DNA of 64,000 nt from an uncultured Verrucomicrobiae bacterium (GCA_963788655.1 CAWBHS010000079.1:1-64000), one strand, 5' to 3'. Shown: positions 45,170-55,608, counted from the stretch's first letter. Notes: generated by a model from the sequence alone, not told the origin. Numbers and translations: made by a program.

Positions 45170-45445
45170 GTGGTGAGAAAATGGCGCAGAGATCTTTGGT
45201 TGGTCTTAACGTTGGTCTTCAGTTTCGCGGATGTGTTCCTGGTGTTCCTCGCCGCGCTGGTTTCGGTCAACCAATGGTTGCGCGAACCGGCACTCGATGG
45301 TCTGATTACGATGTTCTCTCGCCACGTGGAACTTAGCCTTGGAGTGTTGCTCGTGACGGCACTGGCCTGGTTTTCATACCGACGCTATATCCGTTGGCGC
45401 GATGCCGCAGAGTTGGAACCGCATGAAATATCCGGATACCATTAA
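45170..45445 (+). CDS. Hypothetical small membrane protein
   Basis: 91 aa with two hydrophobic segments. Confidence 0.45.
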   Translation: MVRKWRRDLWLVLTLVFSFADVFLVFLAALVSVNQWLREPALDGLITMFSRHVELSLGVLLVTALAWFSYRRYIRWRDAAELEPHEISGYH

Positions 45446-45506
45446 TAACCTCTGCCAGCTTAAAATGCGCACCAACTGGCAAGCAATGACGGCCTTCGCG
45501 AGCACT

Positions 45507-45812
45507 TCATTTCAACCTGCTGCGAAGTTTCTCCGGATTGCGAGCTCCATGCCAAATTGCCACGACAGTGATTTGCTGCTGCGCTTCGTTGACCACAAAA
45601 TAAATGGAATAAGGCCAGCCTTTGATTTTGGCTTTTTGTGTCAACCGACTAGCGAAAGGAAACCGTTTGGGATTCGCGGAAAGGTCTTGAAGACACAAGC
45701 GAACTACGGAGTTGAAACGCGAGCCATTGCCCGGTTCTCGCTCATCATACCAATCAACCGTTTGGGTCCACTCGTGCTCAGCCTCGGGCGCGACGATGAT
45801 CGAAAACGTCAT
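45507..45812 (-). CDS. RelE/ParE-family toxin
   Basis: 'PEA.......WY....PG.G..F', 'WPYSIYF', 'VVAIWHGARNP'. Confidence 0.88.
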   Translation of the reverse strand: MTFSIIVAPEAEHEWTQTVDWYDEREPGNGSRFNSVVRLCLQDLSANPKRFPFASRLTQKAKIKGWPYSIYFVVNEAQQQITVVAIWHGARNPEKLRSRLK

Positions 45813-46051
45813 TGCTTGGCCCGAAGCCGTTGCTCGATTTCCGCGAAGACCTCTTCGGCGGGCCGACCGCGTTCCGGGTGCTTCAACGCTTCCTCGGCAC
45901 GTCGGTCAAGTTCGGCAATTTGCTCCGATGTCAGTTCCGGATCAACCCAGCCCAGTTCCTCGCCGAACTCCTCCCAAATCTTTTCCACAAATGCCCGCTT
46001 TTCCTCCAGTGGCATTGGTCGCATTTGCTCGATCATTTCTGTCGCACTCAC
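45809..46051 (-). CDS. Addiction-module antitoxin
   Basis: 'LEEKRAFVEKIWE', 'LT.EQ.AELDRR'; ATGA overlap with the toxin gene. Confidence 0.85.
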   Translation of the reverse strand: MSATEMIEQMRPMPLEEKRAFVEKIWEEFGEELGWVDPELTSEQIAELDRRAEEALKHPERGRPAEEVFAEIEQRLRAKQ

Positions 46052-46150
46052 GAACCTAGCCTACGCGGCCACAGGTCGCGTGCAAGTCGCATTTGCTGAG
46101 CATTCAGCGACGCATTCCCCATTTTCCATTCCGCACTCCGCCTGCGTAGC

Positions 46151-47102
46151 ATGATTCCTCGCGAAATCCTTAAGAAAATTCGCCAGATTGAAATCCGCAC
46201 CAGCCGGTTCGTCACCGAGTCGCTGGCGGGCCAGTATCACAGTGTCTTCAAAGGACAAGGGATGAACTTCGAAGAGGTCCGCGAGTATCAGCCCGGTGAT
46301 GAAGTGCGCTCCATCGACTGGAATGTCACCGCGCGGATGAATCATCCCTTCGTCAAGAAGTTCGTCGAGGAACGCGAATTGACGGTCATGCTGCTGGTGG
46401 ATGTGAGCGGCTCGGGGCTGTTCGGCTCAGTGTCGCAATCCAAGCGGGAACTCGCGGCGGAAATCGCTTCGGTGCTGGCCTTCTCGGCCATTCGCAACAA
46501 CGACAAGGTGGGCCTGATTCTCTTCACCGACCAAATCGAGAAATACATCCCGCCGCGCAAGGGACGCCGACATGTGTTGCGGGTCATTCGCGAAGTGCTG
46601 TTTTACGAACCCAAGCGCCGCGGCACGGATTTGAATTGCGCGCTCGAATTTCTGAGCCGCGTAACCTCGCACCGCGCCATTGCGGTGATCGTTTCAGATT
46701 TTCTGCTGCCGGCCACCTCCACGCCGTTCGTTCGGTTCCGGCGGCGCCGGCGCGGGCATGGCGCAGAATCTGGCGCAGGCCTCGTTCACCGCGCTGCGCC
46801 AAGCCAATCGCCGTCACGACGTTGTCGCGGTGCAAATCACCGACCGTTACGAGCAGGAACTGCCGGCATTGGGCCGCCTGGTGCTCAAGGATGCGGAAAC
46901 CGGCGAGGTCATGGAAATCAACACCGGCGATGGCGGTCTGCGAACGGCGTTTGCCCGGAAACAAGAACAGGCGCAAAAGGATCTCGAACGACTGTTCCGT
47001 TCCGCGGCCATCGATGCCATCCAGTTGCGCACCGACCGGCCCTATGGCGCCGCGCTCGGACGATTTTTTGAGACGCGGGAGAAAAGACGTTTACGGGGTT
47101 GA
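46151..47102 (+). CDS. DUF58 protein (MoxR partner), frameshift near 46740
   Basis: 'FEEVREYQPGDEVRSIDWNVTAR', 'DVSGS', 'VSDF', then 'RHDVVAV...DAETG' in a shifted frame. Confidence 0.9.
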
Positions 47103-47108
47103 TTACTG

Positions 47109-47708
47109 ATGGCTATCACCAATCTTGCCCCCTCAATTTCATCGTCGTTGCCGTCACTCGCGGGCACCAACGATATTCGGGACATCAAGCCGCCGGTGGA
47201 CATCCCCAATCCTTGGTTCTGGTTCTGGTTGGCGTTGACCGTTCTGGTGGTGGTGGCGTTGGCAATTTGGGCCTGGCGCTATTGGTTAAAGAAGAAAACA
47301 CAAGCCGCCGTCGTCCCGGTCATTCCGCCGCACGTGCGCGCCAAGCAACGGCTGGCTGAAGCGCTGGCCCTGGTTCACGATGCCCGGCTGTTTTGTATTG
47401 CGGTTTCGGATGCCCTGCGCGTTTACCTCGAGGAACGTTTTAATTACCGTGCGCCGGAACGCACCACGGAGGAATTCCTGATCGAACTCTCCCTGGCCAC
47501 CGCGCTCTACCCGGACCAAAAGCAGAGCCTGGCCGAATTCCTGCAAAGCTGCGATCTCGTCAAGTTTGCCCGGCACGAACCGACCGAGTCCGACTTGCGC
47601 GACCTCCATGAGTCCGCGCTGCGGTTAGTGGACGAAACCCAGTTTGAATCGCCCGCGGCGACAACAGCCGCATTCCCCGTGGCCGCAAATCTCCCGAAAG
47701 AGCCATGA
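47109..47708 (+). CDS. Bat-operon single-TM hypothetical protein
   Basis: 'DIRDIKPP', TM helix, 'A.ERTTEEFL', 'CDLVKFA'. Confidence 0.8.
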   Translation: MAITNLAPSISSSLPSLAGTNDIRDIKPPVDIPNPWFWFWLALTVLVVVALAIWAWRYWLKKKTQAAVVPVIPPHVRAKQRLAEALALVHDARLFCIAVSDALRVYLEERFNYRAPERTTEEFLIELSLATALYPDQKQSLAEFLQSCDLVKFARHEPTESDLRDLHESALRLVDETQFESPAATTAAFPVAANLPKEP

Positions 47709-48700
47709 CGTTTGCCCATCCTTATTTTCTGCTGCTGTTGTTGCTCCTGCCGGTGCTGGCTTGGTTGAAAGGCAAATACGGTCAGCAAGCGGCCTTTCTT
47801 TATTCGTCGGTCCAATTGGTCAGGAATGTGTCCCACGTCCACCGCACCTCGGCCGGTCGTATTCTGCTCGCCCTACGCTGGCTGGCGCTGGGGCTGTTGA
47901 TCGTCGGTTTGGCCCGACCGCAATTCACTGAGAGCGAAACGAGTGTCAAAGCCAGCGGCATCGACATTGTCATCGCCCTGGACCTCTCCGGCAGCATGGC
48001 GGCGGAGGATTTTGAATTGGCCGGGCACCGGGTCAACCGCCTCCAAATCGCCAAGCATGTGTTAAAGCAATTCATTGAAAAACGGCCCGGCGACCGCATC
48101 GGTATTGTAGCCTTTGCCAGCCGGGCGTACATCGCTTCGCCCAGCACGCTCGACCATGCGTTCTTGCAGGAAAACCTGGGCCGGCTCGATCTCTACACGA
48201 TTGATAACAACAGCACCGCGATTGGCTCCGGCTTGATGGCGGCGTTGAATCGGCTGCGAGACATTAAGGCGAAGAGCAAGATTGTGATCTTGATGACCGA
48301 CGGCATCAACAACGCCGGCAACGTTCCGCCGAAAACCGCTGCGGAAGCCGCCCAAGCCCTCCATGTCAAAGTCTATACGATTGGCGTCGGCACCCACGGC
48401 AAAGCCCCCGTACCCCAGATTGTTTTCGGGCGGAAAACGTATGTTCAACAGGAAGTCAACATCGATGAAGACACCCTCAAGGAAATCGCCGCGAAGACCG
48501 GTGGCAAATATTATCGGGCCGACAGCTCGGACACGTTGGCCAAGATCTACGATGAAATCAATCAACTCGAAAAAACCGACATCGAGGTAAAAAAATACGT
48601 TCACATCGAGGAACTCTTTCCGTGGGCGGTGGTGCCCGGATTGTTCTTCCTGCTCCTGGAAATCCTGCTCGCTCACACCCTGTGGAGAAGACTGCCGTGA
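47705..48700 (+). CDS. batA: BatA-like VWA protein
   Basis: 'FAHP', 'LARPQ', MIDAS 'DLSGS', 'TAIG', 'MTDG'. Confidence 0.88.
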   Translation: MTFAHPYFLLLLLLLPVLAWLKGKYGQQAAFLYSSVQLVRNVSHVHRTSAGRILLALRWLALGLLIVGLARPQFTESETSVKASGIDIVIALDLSGSMAAEDFELAGHRVNRLQIAKHVLKQFIEKRPGDRIGIVAFASRAYIASPSTLDHAFLQENLGRLDLYTIDNNSTAIGSGLMAALNRLRDIKAKSKIVILMTDGINNAGNVPPKTAAEAAQALHVKVYTIGVGTHGKAPVPQIVFGRKTYVQQEVNIDEDTLKEIAAKTGGKYYRADSSDTLAKIYDEINQLEKTDIEVKKYVHIEELFPWAVVPGLFFLLLEILLAHTLWRRLP

Positions 48701-48734
48701 CGGTTTTCCTTACTGACTGCTAACTGCTGATCGC

Positions 48735-50420
48735 ATGGACTCTCGTTTCCAATTTGCCCATCCCGAAGCCCTCTGGTTCTGCCTGCTGGCGATTCCGGCG
48801 CTCATCGCCTTCTTCTGGTGGTCCTGGCGCAAGCGCCGCCTGCTCATTTCGCAATTTGTCCAGTCGCGCTTGCTGGCGGCGCTAACGGTTGGCATTTCAG
48901 CCCAGCGCCAAAAGATCCGGCTTGCCTTGCTCGTGGCCAGTGTGGCGATGATCCTGTTCGTGCTGGCGCGGCCGCAATGGGGCTTTGACTGGGAGGAAGC
49001 GCGGCAGCGCGGTCTGGACATTGTGGTGGCCATCGATACGTCCCGCAGCATGCTGGCCGACGACCTCAAACCCAATCGCCTTGAGCGGGCGAAACTCGCG
49101 GCCATGGACTTGCGGCACCTGGCCCGCAACGACCGATTGGGCCTCGTCGCGTTCGCCGGCAGCGCCTTCCTGCAATGTCCGTTGACGCTGGACGACGAGC
49201 CGTTCCGGTTGAGCGTGGATGCCTTGAACACCACCATCATTCCCCAAGGCGGGACGGCCCTGGCTGAAGCCATTCGTTGCGCGCAGAGCGCCTTCAAAGA
49301 AAAGAGCGACAACTTCAAGGTGTTGGTGCTGTTCACGGACGGGGAAGACCACGACAGCCAGGCGCTCGATGCGGCCCGCGCGGCGGCCAAGGATAGCTTG
49401 CGTATTTTTACCATCGGCATCGGCACGGCCAGCGGCGAGTTGCTGCGTGAGACGGACGAGAAAGGCCGCGTGGATTTCATCAAGGATGAAAATGGCAACG
49501 TTGTCAAATCGCGCCTGAACGAGTCATTGCTCGAACAGATCGCCCGGGCTGGGCAGGGATTCTATCGCCGCTTGGCCGGCGCGGACACGGTGGACTTGCT
49601 TTACGATCGCGGACTGGCGCCCTTGCCCAAAGCGGAGTTTGCCACGAAACGCGTGAAACGCTGGCATGAACGCTACCAATGGTTCCTGGGTCTAAGTCTC
49701 GTGATGCTTTTGGTCGAAATGTTCCTGCCCGAACGCAGACGCGTCCGCCGCTCCGCCAAAATTCTGGCGGGCGGCACCAATGAAGAGTTGCGCAAAGCCG
49801 TTGTGCTGTTGCTGACATTGAGCGTTCCACTGCTGGCCCAAGCTTCGCCCGGCAAGGCCCGAAAGGCTTATGACCACAAGCATTACACGACAGCACTCCT
49901 CGAATATGAAGACTTACTCGCCGACCACCCAAAAGACCCGCGCCTCAACTACAACGCCGGCGCGGCGGCCTATCAAGCGGAGGAATACGAGAGCGCTTTG
50001 GGTTATTTCCAGAATGCGCTAACTTCGCCAGACGCGGCCTTTCAACAACGCGTGTATTACAACCTCGGTAATACTAGGTACCGCTTGGGAGAGGCCAAAT
50101 CCGATTTCGATTCAAAGGAGTCCTTGTGGCAAGAAGCGGCTACCAATTACCAGAGCGCACTCCAGTTGAATCCCAAAGACGATGACGCCAACTTCAATCT
50201 GCAATGGGTGAAGCAAAAGCTCCAGGCGATCAAGAAACTGAGAGAGTTGCTTCGGCAAACAAAATCCAAGGCAGACGATGCGGTGAGACGCCACGAATAT
50301 GAGCGAGCTCTAGCTCTGATGCAGAGTCTGCAGCGACAGCCTCTCAACCAAAAGAAATTTGAAGATTATGTTCAACGACTCCAAGAAATTTATGGCATTG
50401 CGACTTCCACTCATCCTTAG
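48735..50420 (+). CDS. batB: BatB-like VWA protein fused to TPR domain
   Basis: 'DTSRSM', 'FAG', 'TDGED', 'VKSRL'; TPR 'YNAG..AY', 'YYNLGN..Y'. Confidence 0.85.
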   Translation: MDSRFQFAHPEALWFCLLAIPALIAFFWWSWRKRRLLISQFVQSRLLAALTVGISAQRQKIRLALLVASVAMILFVLARPQWGFDWEEARQRGLDIVVAIDTSRSMLADDLKPNRLERAKLAAMDLRHLARNDRLGLVAFAGSAFLQCPLTLDDEPFRLSVDALNTTIIPQGGTALAEAIRCAQSAFKEKSDNFKVLVLFTDGEDHDSQALDAARAAAKDSLRIFTIGIGTASGELLRETDEKGRVDFIKDENGNVVKSRLNESLLEQIARAGQGFYRRLAGADTVDLLYDRGLAPLPKAEFATKRVKRWHERYQWFLGLSLVMLLVEMFLPERRRVRRSAKILAGGTNEELRKAVVLLLTLSVPLLAQASPGKARKAYDHKHYTTALLEYEDLLADHPKDPRLNYNAGAAAYQAEEYESALGYFQNALTSPDAAFQQRVYYNLGNTRYRLGEAKSDFDSKESLWQEAATNYQSALQLNPKDDDANFNLQWVKQKLQAIKKLRELLRQTKSKADDAVRRHEYERALALMQSLQRQPLNQKKFEDYVQRLQEIYGIATSTHP

Positions 50421-51003
50421 CGCGTTGTGGCTGATGGGCACGCTGGGGTTGGCGGCAACGGCCGACGACTTTTTTCACAGCGGTGCGCAGCAATACATTT
50501 TTGGCAAGATGGACAAGGCGAAGGAAACGACCCAAAAGGGGTTGCTCCAATTTCCGGAGGATTCCAAATTGAGGCGATTGGAGGAACTGCTGAAGCAGCA
50601 GCAACAGCAGTCCAAAGACGATCAAAACAAGAAGGACGACCAGCAAAAGAACGATCAAAAGCAGGACCAGGAACAATCCAAGCAAGATCAATCCAAACAA
50701 GACCAGTCCAAGCAGGACCAGGAAAAGCAGCAGCAAAATCAACAGGACTCTCAGAAAGACCAGGAAAAGCAGGCGCAGCAGCAAAAGGATCAGCAGAATG
50801 CCGAGAAGCAAGGCGACGCCAGCAAGCCGGAGGATCAGTCCGAGGAGCAGAAAGCTGCCCAAGCCGGCCGGGCCATGGCCGGCCGCATGACGGTGCCGGA
50901 AGCGCTCAAGTTGCTGAACACCACCAAGGACGACGAAAACATGATGCCCTTCTATCTCCAACTCCGCACCAATCGCAATCAGCGGGTGCTCAAGAATTGG
51001 TGA
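50392..51003 (+). CDS. Secreted Q/K/D-rich protein resembling the BatC C-terminal half
   Basis: Signal peptide, SKQDQ repeats, 'MT..EA..LL...DDE', terminal 'KNW'. Confidence 0.7.
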   Translation: MALRLPLILSALWLMGTLGLAATADDFFHSGAQQYIFGKMDKAKETTQKGLLQFPEDSKLRRLEELLKQQQQQSKDDQNKKDDQQKNDQKQDQEQSKQDQSKQDQSKQDQEKQQQNQQDSQKDQEKQAQQQKDQQNAEKQGDASKPEDQSEEQKAAQAGRAMAGRMTVPEALKLLNTTKDDENMMPFYLQLRTNRNQRVLKNW

Positions 51004-51083
51004 GCGAGTCAGTTAATTGCGGTTCGGATTCGGAACCACGTAAGGCTCCCACGCAACAGACGGCAGCGCGGGGACCAACCCCA

Positions 51084-51154
51084 GGTAGGGCGAGACTCCG
51101 TCGAATATCGGGGCGTCCATTCCCAGTTCGGGACCGGCGAGACGCCGGTCCTAC
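51084..51154. repeat. Two REP units from different families between convergent genes
   Basis: GGTAGGGCGAGACTCCGTCGAA and TCGGGACCGGCGAGACGCCGGTCCTAC. Confidence 0.75.
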
Positions 51155-51438
51155 GGGTTGGCTTCCTCGGCCGGTTTGGCGCGGTACAGGACGGCAACGT
51201 GGCCCACGAGCGTAATGAGTTGACTGCCGGTTTGCTCGGCCATTTGTGGGGCCATCTGTTTGCGCTGCTCCTTGAACTCGTCGAATTTCACTTTCAGCAA
51301 TGCGTGATGCCGGAGCGCGTCCTCGAGGGCTTCAATGAATTGCGGGCTTAAACCCTGCTTGCCCACTTTGAGCGTGGCTTTCAAGTGTTGGGCTTGCGCT
51401 TTGAGTTTGCGCACATCCGATTTGCTGAGCGAATTCAT
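51151..51438 (-). CDS. yhbY: YhbY/CRM RNA-binding protein
   Basis: 'LK..AQHLK..L.VGKQGL', 'H.LLKVK', 'VGHVAVLYR'. Confidence 0.88.
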   Translation of the reverse strand: MNSLSKSDVRKLKAQAQHLKATLKVGKQGLSPQFIEALEDALRHHALLKVKFDEFKEQRKQMAPQMAEQTGSQLITLVGHVAVLYRAKPAEEANP

Positions 51439-51522
51439 CGCGGGCAGTGTGGCGGGAAACCGCACCGGCCCGCCATCATAATTTGCGGTTTGTAACCAAG
51501 GGCTTCGCGTTCCACTGCTTAC

Positions 51523-53958
51523 TTACTCGTGGATTTCGTAAACGGTTCCCTCGATCACCACCTGGACATTGCGTCCAACGGCCAGCCAGGCCAGCGATTC
51601 GGGGTGCTTCTTCAACAGGCCGAAATATTCCGGCGATCCGAACTCGATCCGCACCCGTTTGGCATCCTTGGTTTGTTGGACTTCGGAATCCACCCAGTTG
51701 TCGCCATTGAGATAGAACGTGCGGCCGTGAATGAATTTGCACGGTTGGACGTTCGCATTGGAACGTCCGCCATCGTTGGCGGCATCGGTCAGAGTCGAAT
51801 TGTTCCCCAACTGAGCGGGAGCCGCTATCATATAGCCACTTCCCAGCATGGGCCGGGCAGGTTGACCGGGGGCCGGCGTTGTGGGAGCGACGGGCGCGTT
51901 CCCGTTGTAATAAAGGGTGAGTCCTTTCCTTGCTTCATCCTGCCCGCTGGCAATCGCTGAAGGCGCTGCTTCGGCGGTTTTCAATTGCTGCATTGATCGC
52001 GCTCCGCCCACGGCCAGGCCCCCGGACCGGTCCTGTTTGAAAGCCCGATAGCTATGGGACAGCATCGGCAAAGATTGCGGGTCATTGGGTACGGTGCGGA
52101 CATTGGACGCCACACCGCGTCGGCCTTCGTCCTCGAGAATCAGGAAGGCCGTATAAGGCGTGACAATGCCATAGCGGCGCGCCAATTCGGTGACTTCGTC
52201 CTTCAGTTCGTTGCTTTCACCGCGCAAGCGAATCTCGTCGAGCAAGTACCCGACCCGGCGGGTGGCCCACAGGCGCGGAATGAATTCGTGTTCGCCGGCG
52301 TGGTCGGGAAAGTTCGCCGCGTAACCGAAATGTTTGGTTTCACCGGCCACGGAGCCTTCGATTTCAATCCGCCCCTCACCGCTCCCCGAGTATCGGCCCA
52401 CGAGCACGAGTTGCTCGCCTTTGAACAAGTCCGGCACCGGCGAGGGATACCGCTTGGTAACGCGCACTCCATCGGGAAACGTCAGTTTCGGCCCCGTTAG
52501 CACCGGTTCCTTGATGCGCGTGAAGAAGCTCGAAACTTTCACTTCGATGTCTTCGTCCGGCAGTACGTATTGGCTGAAGGCATGCGTGTCCTCGGTGATG
52601 CGGTCCAGTAAATGAGTATTCACATCCGTGCCCAGGCCGAAGCAGAAAATGCGCGCCAGTTCCTTGGCCTTGCGGGTGACATTATCGACAATCTGGTTTT
52701 CCTCTGTATTGCCCACCGTCGGCCGACCGTCCGTCAGGAAGATCACCACGTAGGGTCGGTCGCTGTTTTCCGGACGGAGTGTCAGGGCTTTGCGCAAGGC
52801 GTCGTCAATGGCGGTTCCCCCAATGGGTTTAAGGCCCTGGATGAATTTCTCCGCCTGAGTGCAGTTTGCCTTCGTGGCTCCGACCAATTTGTCGAACAGT
52901 GGTTCGACTTCGGTCGAAAAGCGCAGCACTTCGAATCGATCGTTGTCGTTCAAATTGGCCACGCAAAACCGCAACGCTTTCCGGGCCTGATCGAGTTTGG
53001 CCCCAGCCATCGAACCGGAGGTGTCCAGGACAAACGTCACGTCTTTCGGGATAACCTTGGTGGTTTTGGATTCCGCGCCCGGCGAAGCCAGCAACAGGAA
53101 ATAGCCGTCTTCATCCGCTTGCTTGCTGGTCAACAGGCTCAGGCCAAATTCCCCTTCCTCCTGGGTGTAGAAGAGTTGAAAGTCGCGGTCAGGTTTCAAG
53201 TGGTCGGCTTCGAAACCTACGATGGCCCGATGCTCGCCGTCCCGTTTCACTTCGATTTTGTGCGTCGGTGAGTAGATGGATTTGAGCGGCCGCTTCGAGT
53301 TCAATTCGACCTTTACGCTCACGGTCCGGAGAGGTTTGGCCGAAAACTTCTCGGTGTTCAGCGGCAATACATAATTCAATAGGCCGGCATCGGATTTGAG
53401 CAGGTGGGTGTAGGCCAGCGTGATGCGTTTGCGGCTGTTGGGTTCGATGGGAAAAATGCGCGCCTTGAACAAATCCCGACCGGCGTATTCCAGCAACGCC
53501 GGATCGCGTAGCTTGCGCACGATGTTCTCGTAAGTGTTCCGCGCCTTGTCCGCCGTCAATAGTTCGGCTTCGACCTGCCGGCCGTTGATTTCCATGGTGA
53601 ACTTATCGAGGTGCGCCCCCTTGGGCACCGGAAACAGGAACGTGCCCTCAAGTTGCCGGGCGTTGGGATTGTAAAACTCCTCTTCAATAAACGTGTGGGC
53701 CACCTGGTCTTGAATCTTCACGTCCGCCTTAACAAACGAGACTTCCAATGGCGCCCAAACCCGTGGTCGGGGCGGACGTGGTGGCGGGATGGGCCGGGGC
53801 GGCGGGATGGGGCGCGGCGGATGCGGATACGGTGGAATGGGAACGATGTCCGGCGGTTGCTGCCAGAATCCTTCATCGTGAACGATTATCAGGCCGGCGG
53901 CCCGCGAATGACCAATGGCCGCCGCCAAAACCAGCAAAAGGCAAAGCACACGTTTCAT
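51523..53958 (-). CDS. Secreted VIT + VWA domain protein
   Basis: Signal peptide, Pro-rich linker, VIT 'LEG.FLFPVP', VWA 'DTSGSM..GGT..LTDG', 'RLWA', 'YGIVTPYT'. Confidence 0.9.
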   Translation of the reverse strand: MKRVLCLLLVLAAAIGHSRAAGLIIVHDEGFWQQPPDIVPIPPYPHPPRPIPPPRPIPPPRPPRPRVWAPLEVSFVKADVKIQDQVAHTFIEEEFYNPNARQLEGTFLFPVPKGAHLDKFTMEINGRQVEAELLTADKARNTYENIVRKLRDPALLEYAGRDLFKARIFPIEPNSRKRITLAYTHLLKSDAGLLNYVLPLNTEKFSAKPLRTVSVKVELNSKRPLKSIYSPTHKIEVKRDGEHRAIVGFEADHLKPDRDFQLFYTQEEGEFGLSLLTSKQADEDGYFLLLASPGAESKTTKVIPKDVTFVLDTSGSMAGAKLDQARKALRFCVANLNDNDRFEVLRFSTEVEPLFDKLVGATKANCTQAEKFIQGLKPIGGTAIDDALRKALTLRPENSDRPYVVIFLTDGRPTVGNTEENQIVDNVTRKAKELARIFCFGLGTDVNTHLLDRITEDTHAFSQYVLPDEDIEVKVSSFFTRIKEPVLTGPKLTFPDGVRVTKRYPSPVPDLFKGEQLVLVGRYSGSGEGRIEIEGSVAGETKHFGYAANFPDHAGEHEFIPRLWATRRVGYLLDEIRLRGESNELKDEVTELARRYGIVTPYTAFLILEDEGRRGVASNVRTVPNDPQSLPMLSHSYRAFKQDRSGGLAVGGARSMQQLKTAEAAPSAIASGQDEARKGLTLYYNGNAPVAPTTPAPGQPARPMLGSGYMIAAPAQLGNNSTLTDAANDGGRSNANVQPCKFIHGRTFYLNGDNWVDSEVQQTKDAKRVRIEFGSPEYFGLLKKHPESLAWLAVGRNVQVVIEGTVYEIHE

Positions 53959-54023
53959 ACTCCCCGTTAGACGGCGGCCCGCCGGCAATGCTCCGGGAAA
54001 ACAAGTGCCGAGCGTGCTTTACC

Positions 54024-54252
54024 GTAGGACAGCCGTCCCGGCTGTCTCGAAAGAGCAAGAACCGCTCGTGAGGCATTGGACGCACTACTTAAGATTAAGC
54101 GTGTTCGAGACATTCGGGACAGGCGAGACGCTTGTCTGTGGGGCTGGTGCTGACGCGATAGCGTCTTGGAGTGCGGCAGTCCTCTGCCGCTTTCGAACGC
54201 ACAGTCGCCTCGTAAAAGCGGTAGAGGACTGCCGCACTCTAAAACCTGACGG
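54024..54252. repeat. Two adjacent REPIN-like inverted pairs
   Basis: GTAGGACAGCCGTCCCGGCTGTC / GACAGGCGAGACGCTTGTC, and GGAGTGCGGCAGTCCTCTGCCGCTTT / AAAGCGGTAGAGGACTGCCGCACTCT. Confidence 0.8.
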
Positions 54253-54427
54253 CCACTCGGCCGGCGAGAGGATGGTGCCGGGACATCCGGGACATAAAAG
54301 ACGCCAGTCCTTCGTTTTAAGTGCGTGAGCGTTTACCGCTGAAGTGGTCAAAATTAATGGCGCCCTCTGTGGGCAACGAAATGTTAGCGAATTTGATGTC
54401 GCCACCAACATCAACCAAGTTTTGATT

Positions 54428-55188
54428 ATGAAAACACGATTCTTGCCCGTGATGGCGATTCTAACCGGCACGGCCGTCATTCTAATTAGCCTGTTGGCAC
54501 TGCGTCCCAAAATTCAGGGTCTGATTACGGAGCGCGACCAGTTCCATCGCGAACGCGATGTGCAACAAAGCGTCCGTCTCGAAGTCGAACGAACGCTGGC
54601 CCAGACTCGAACCGATCTTGATCGCTTGAACCGAAAATTCGATGCCCTTCAAGCTGACTTCGTGCAAACCAGCAACCATTTGACCGGCGCCCATGCCGAT
54701 GTGGCGGCGCTCCAGACAAAACTCGACGCATCCCTTATGCATTCCCGCCAGCTCGAACAGCGATTGGCCCGCTGGACGGCCACCGGCATGACCGTCGAAG
54801 ACGTGCTCGCCGCACGCGCACAGATAACGAACATGCAGAAAAACCACGAGAGCTTGCTGGCACAATTCAAATCCCGGAAGCCGAACTGGAGCGATACCAT
54901 TTGCGCTTCGGTCCCTTCACTCCGCCGCCCCTCGCCCTGCGCGGTCATGTGTTGTCCGTGGATCCGAAATGGAAATTTGTGGTGCTGGATCTCGGCCAGG
55001 CGCAAAAAACCAAACCCACCTGGAAACTGCTCGTGTCCCGTGGCGGACAGTTGGTGGCCAAGGTGGAAATTGTCGCCGTGGAAGGCGAACGAAGCGTGGC
55101 CAACATCATTCCCGGCTGGCAGTTTGGTGAGATCCGGGAAGGGGACGTGGTGTTGCCGGCTGCGCCGAGGCTAGCCTTGGCGCCGTGA
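54428..55188 (+). CDS. Membrane-anchored coiled-coil protein with C-terminal beta domain, frameshift near 54880
   Basis: TM helix plus heptad region, then 'LRGHVLSVDPKWKFVVLDLG...RSVANIIPGW...EGDVV' in a shifted frame. Confidence 0.6.
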
Positions 55189-55204
55189 GGGATGCTGTCT
55201 GCAG

Positions 55205-55280
55205 TCACTGATCACTGGTCACTGGTCACTGGTCACTGGTCACTGGTCACTGGTCACTGGTCACTGGTCACTGGTCATTA
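55205..55280. repeat. Heptamer tandem repeat (TCACTGG)9 with degenerate flanking units
   Basis: Nine perfect copies at 55212-55274. Confidence 0.97.
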
Positions 55281-55284
55281 GCCT

Positions 55285-55608
55285 TTAGCGCAGCCAGTCG
55301 TCGCGTCCCTCCAGAAAGAAGTTGACGGCATACTCGTTGGACGCCTCGAACACTCCCATCCGGCGGCCATCATTCCGGCACGCCAGAATGTTGACGCCAT
55401 TTCGATGAGTAAACTTGTTCAGCAGCAGCCAGGAGCCATCGGCAAACGTGCAGCGCACGGCACCATCCTTTTCGCGGCGCCGCTGGACAATCCGGCTGTT
55501 CGCGAACTCCGCATCCATCAACCGATCCAACTCGTCCACCTTGATCTGGCAGTCCAAGACCGTAAACCGCGCCGCTTCACAGTCGGGACAAGTTCGAGGC
55601 GCATCCAC
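55285..55608 (-). CDS. Hypothetical protein with N-terminal CxxC
   Basis: 107 aa; TAAGTT lies 6 nt upstream of the GTG start. Confidence 0.55.
   Translation of the reverse strand: MDAPRTCPDCEAARFTVLDCQIKVDELDRLMDAEFANSRIVQRRREKDGAVRCTFADGSWLLLNKFTHRNGVNILACRNDGRRMGVFEASNEYAVNFFLEGRDDWLR

Noticed and set aside
50676..50720. 15-bp tandem repeat
   Set aside because: Simply encodes the SKQDQ low-complexity linker, with synonymous variation
55205..55280. Possible CRISPR array
   Set aside because: Contiguous 7-mers with no spacers, and no cas genes in the window
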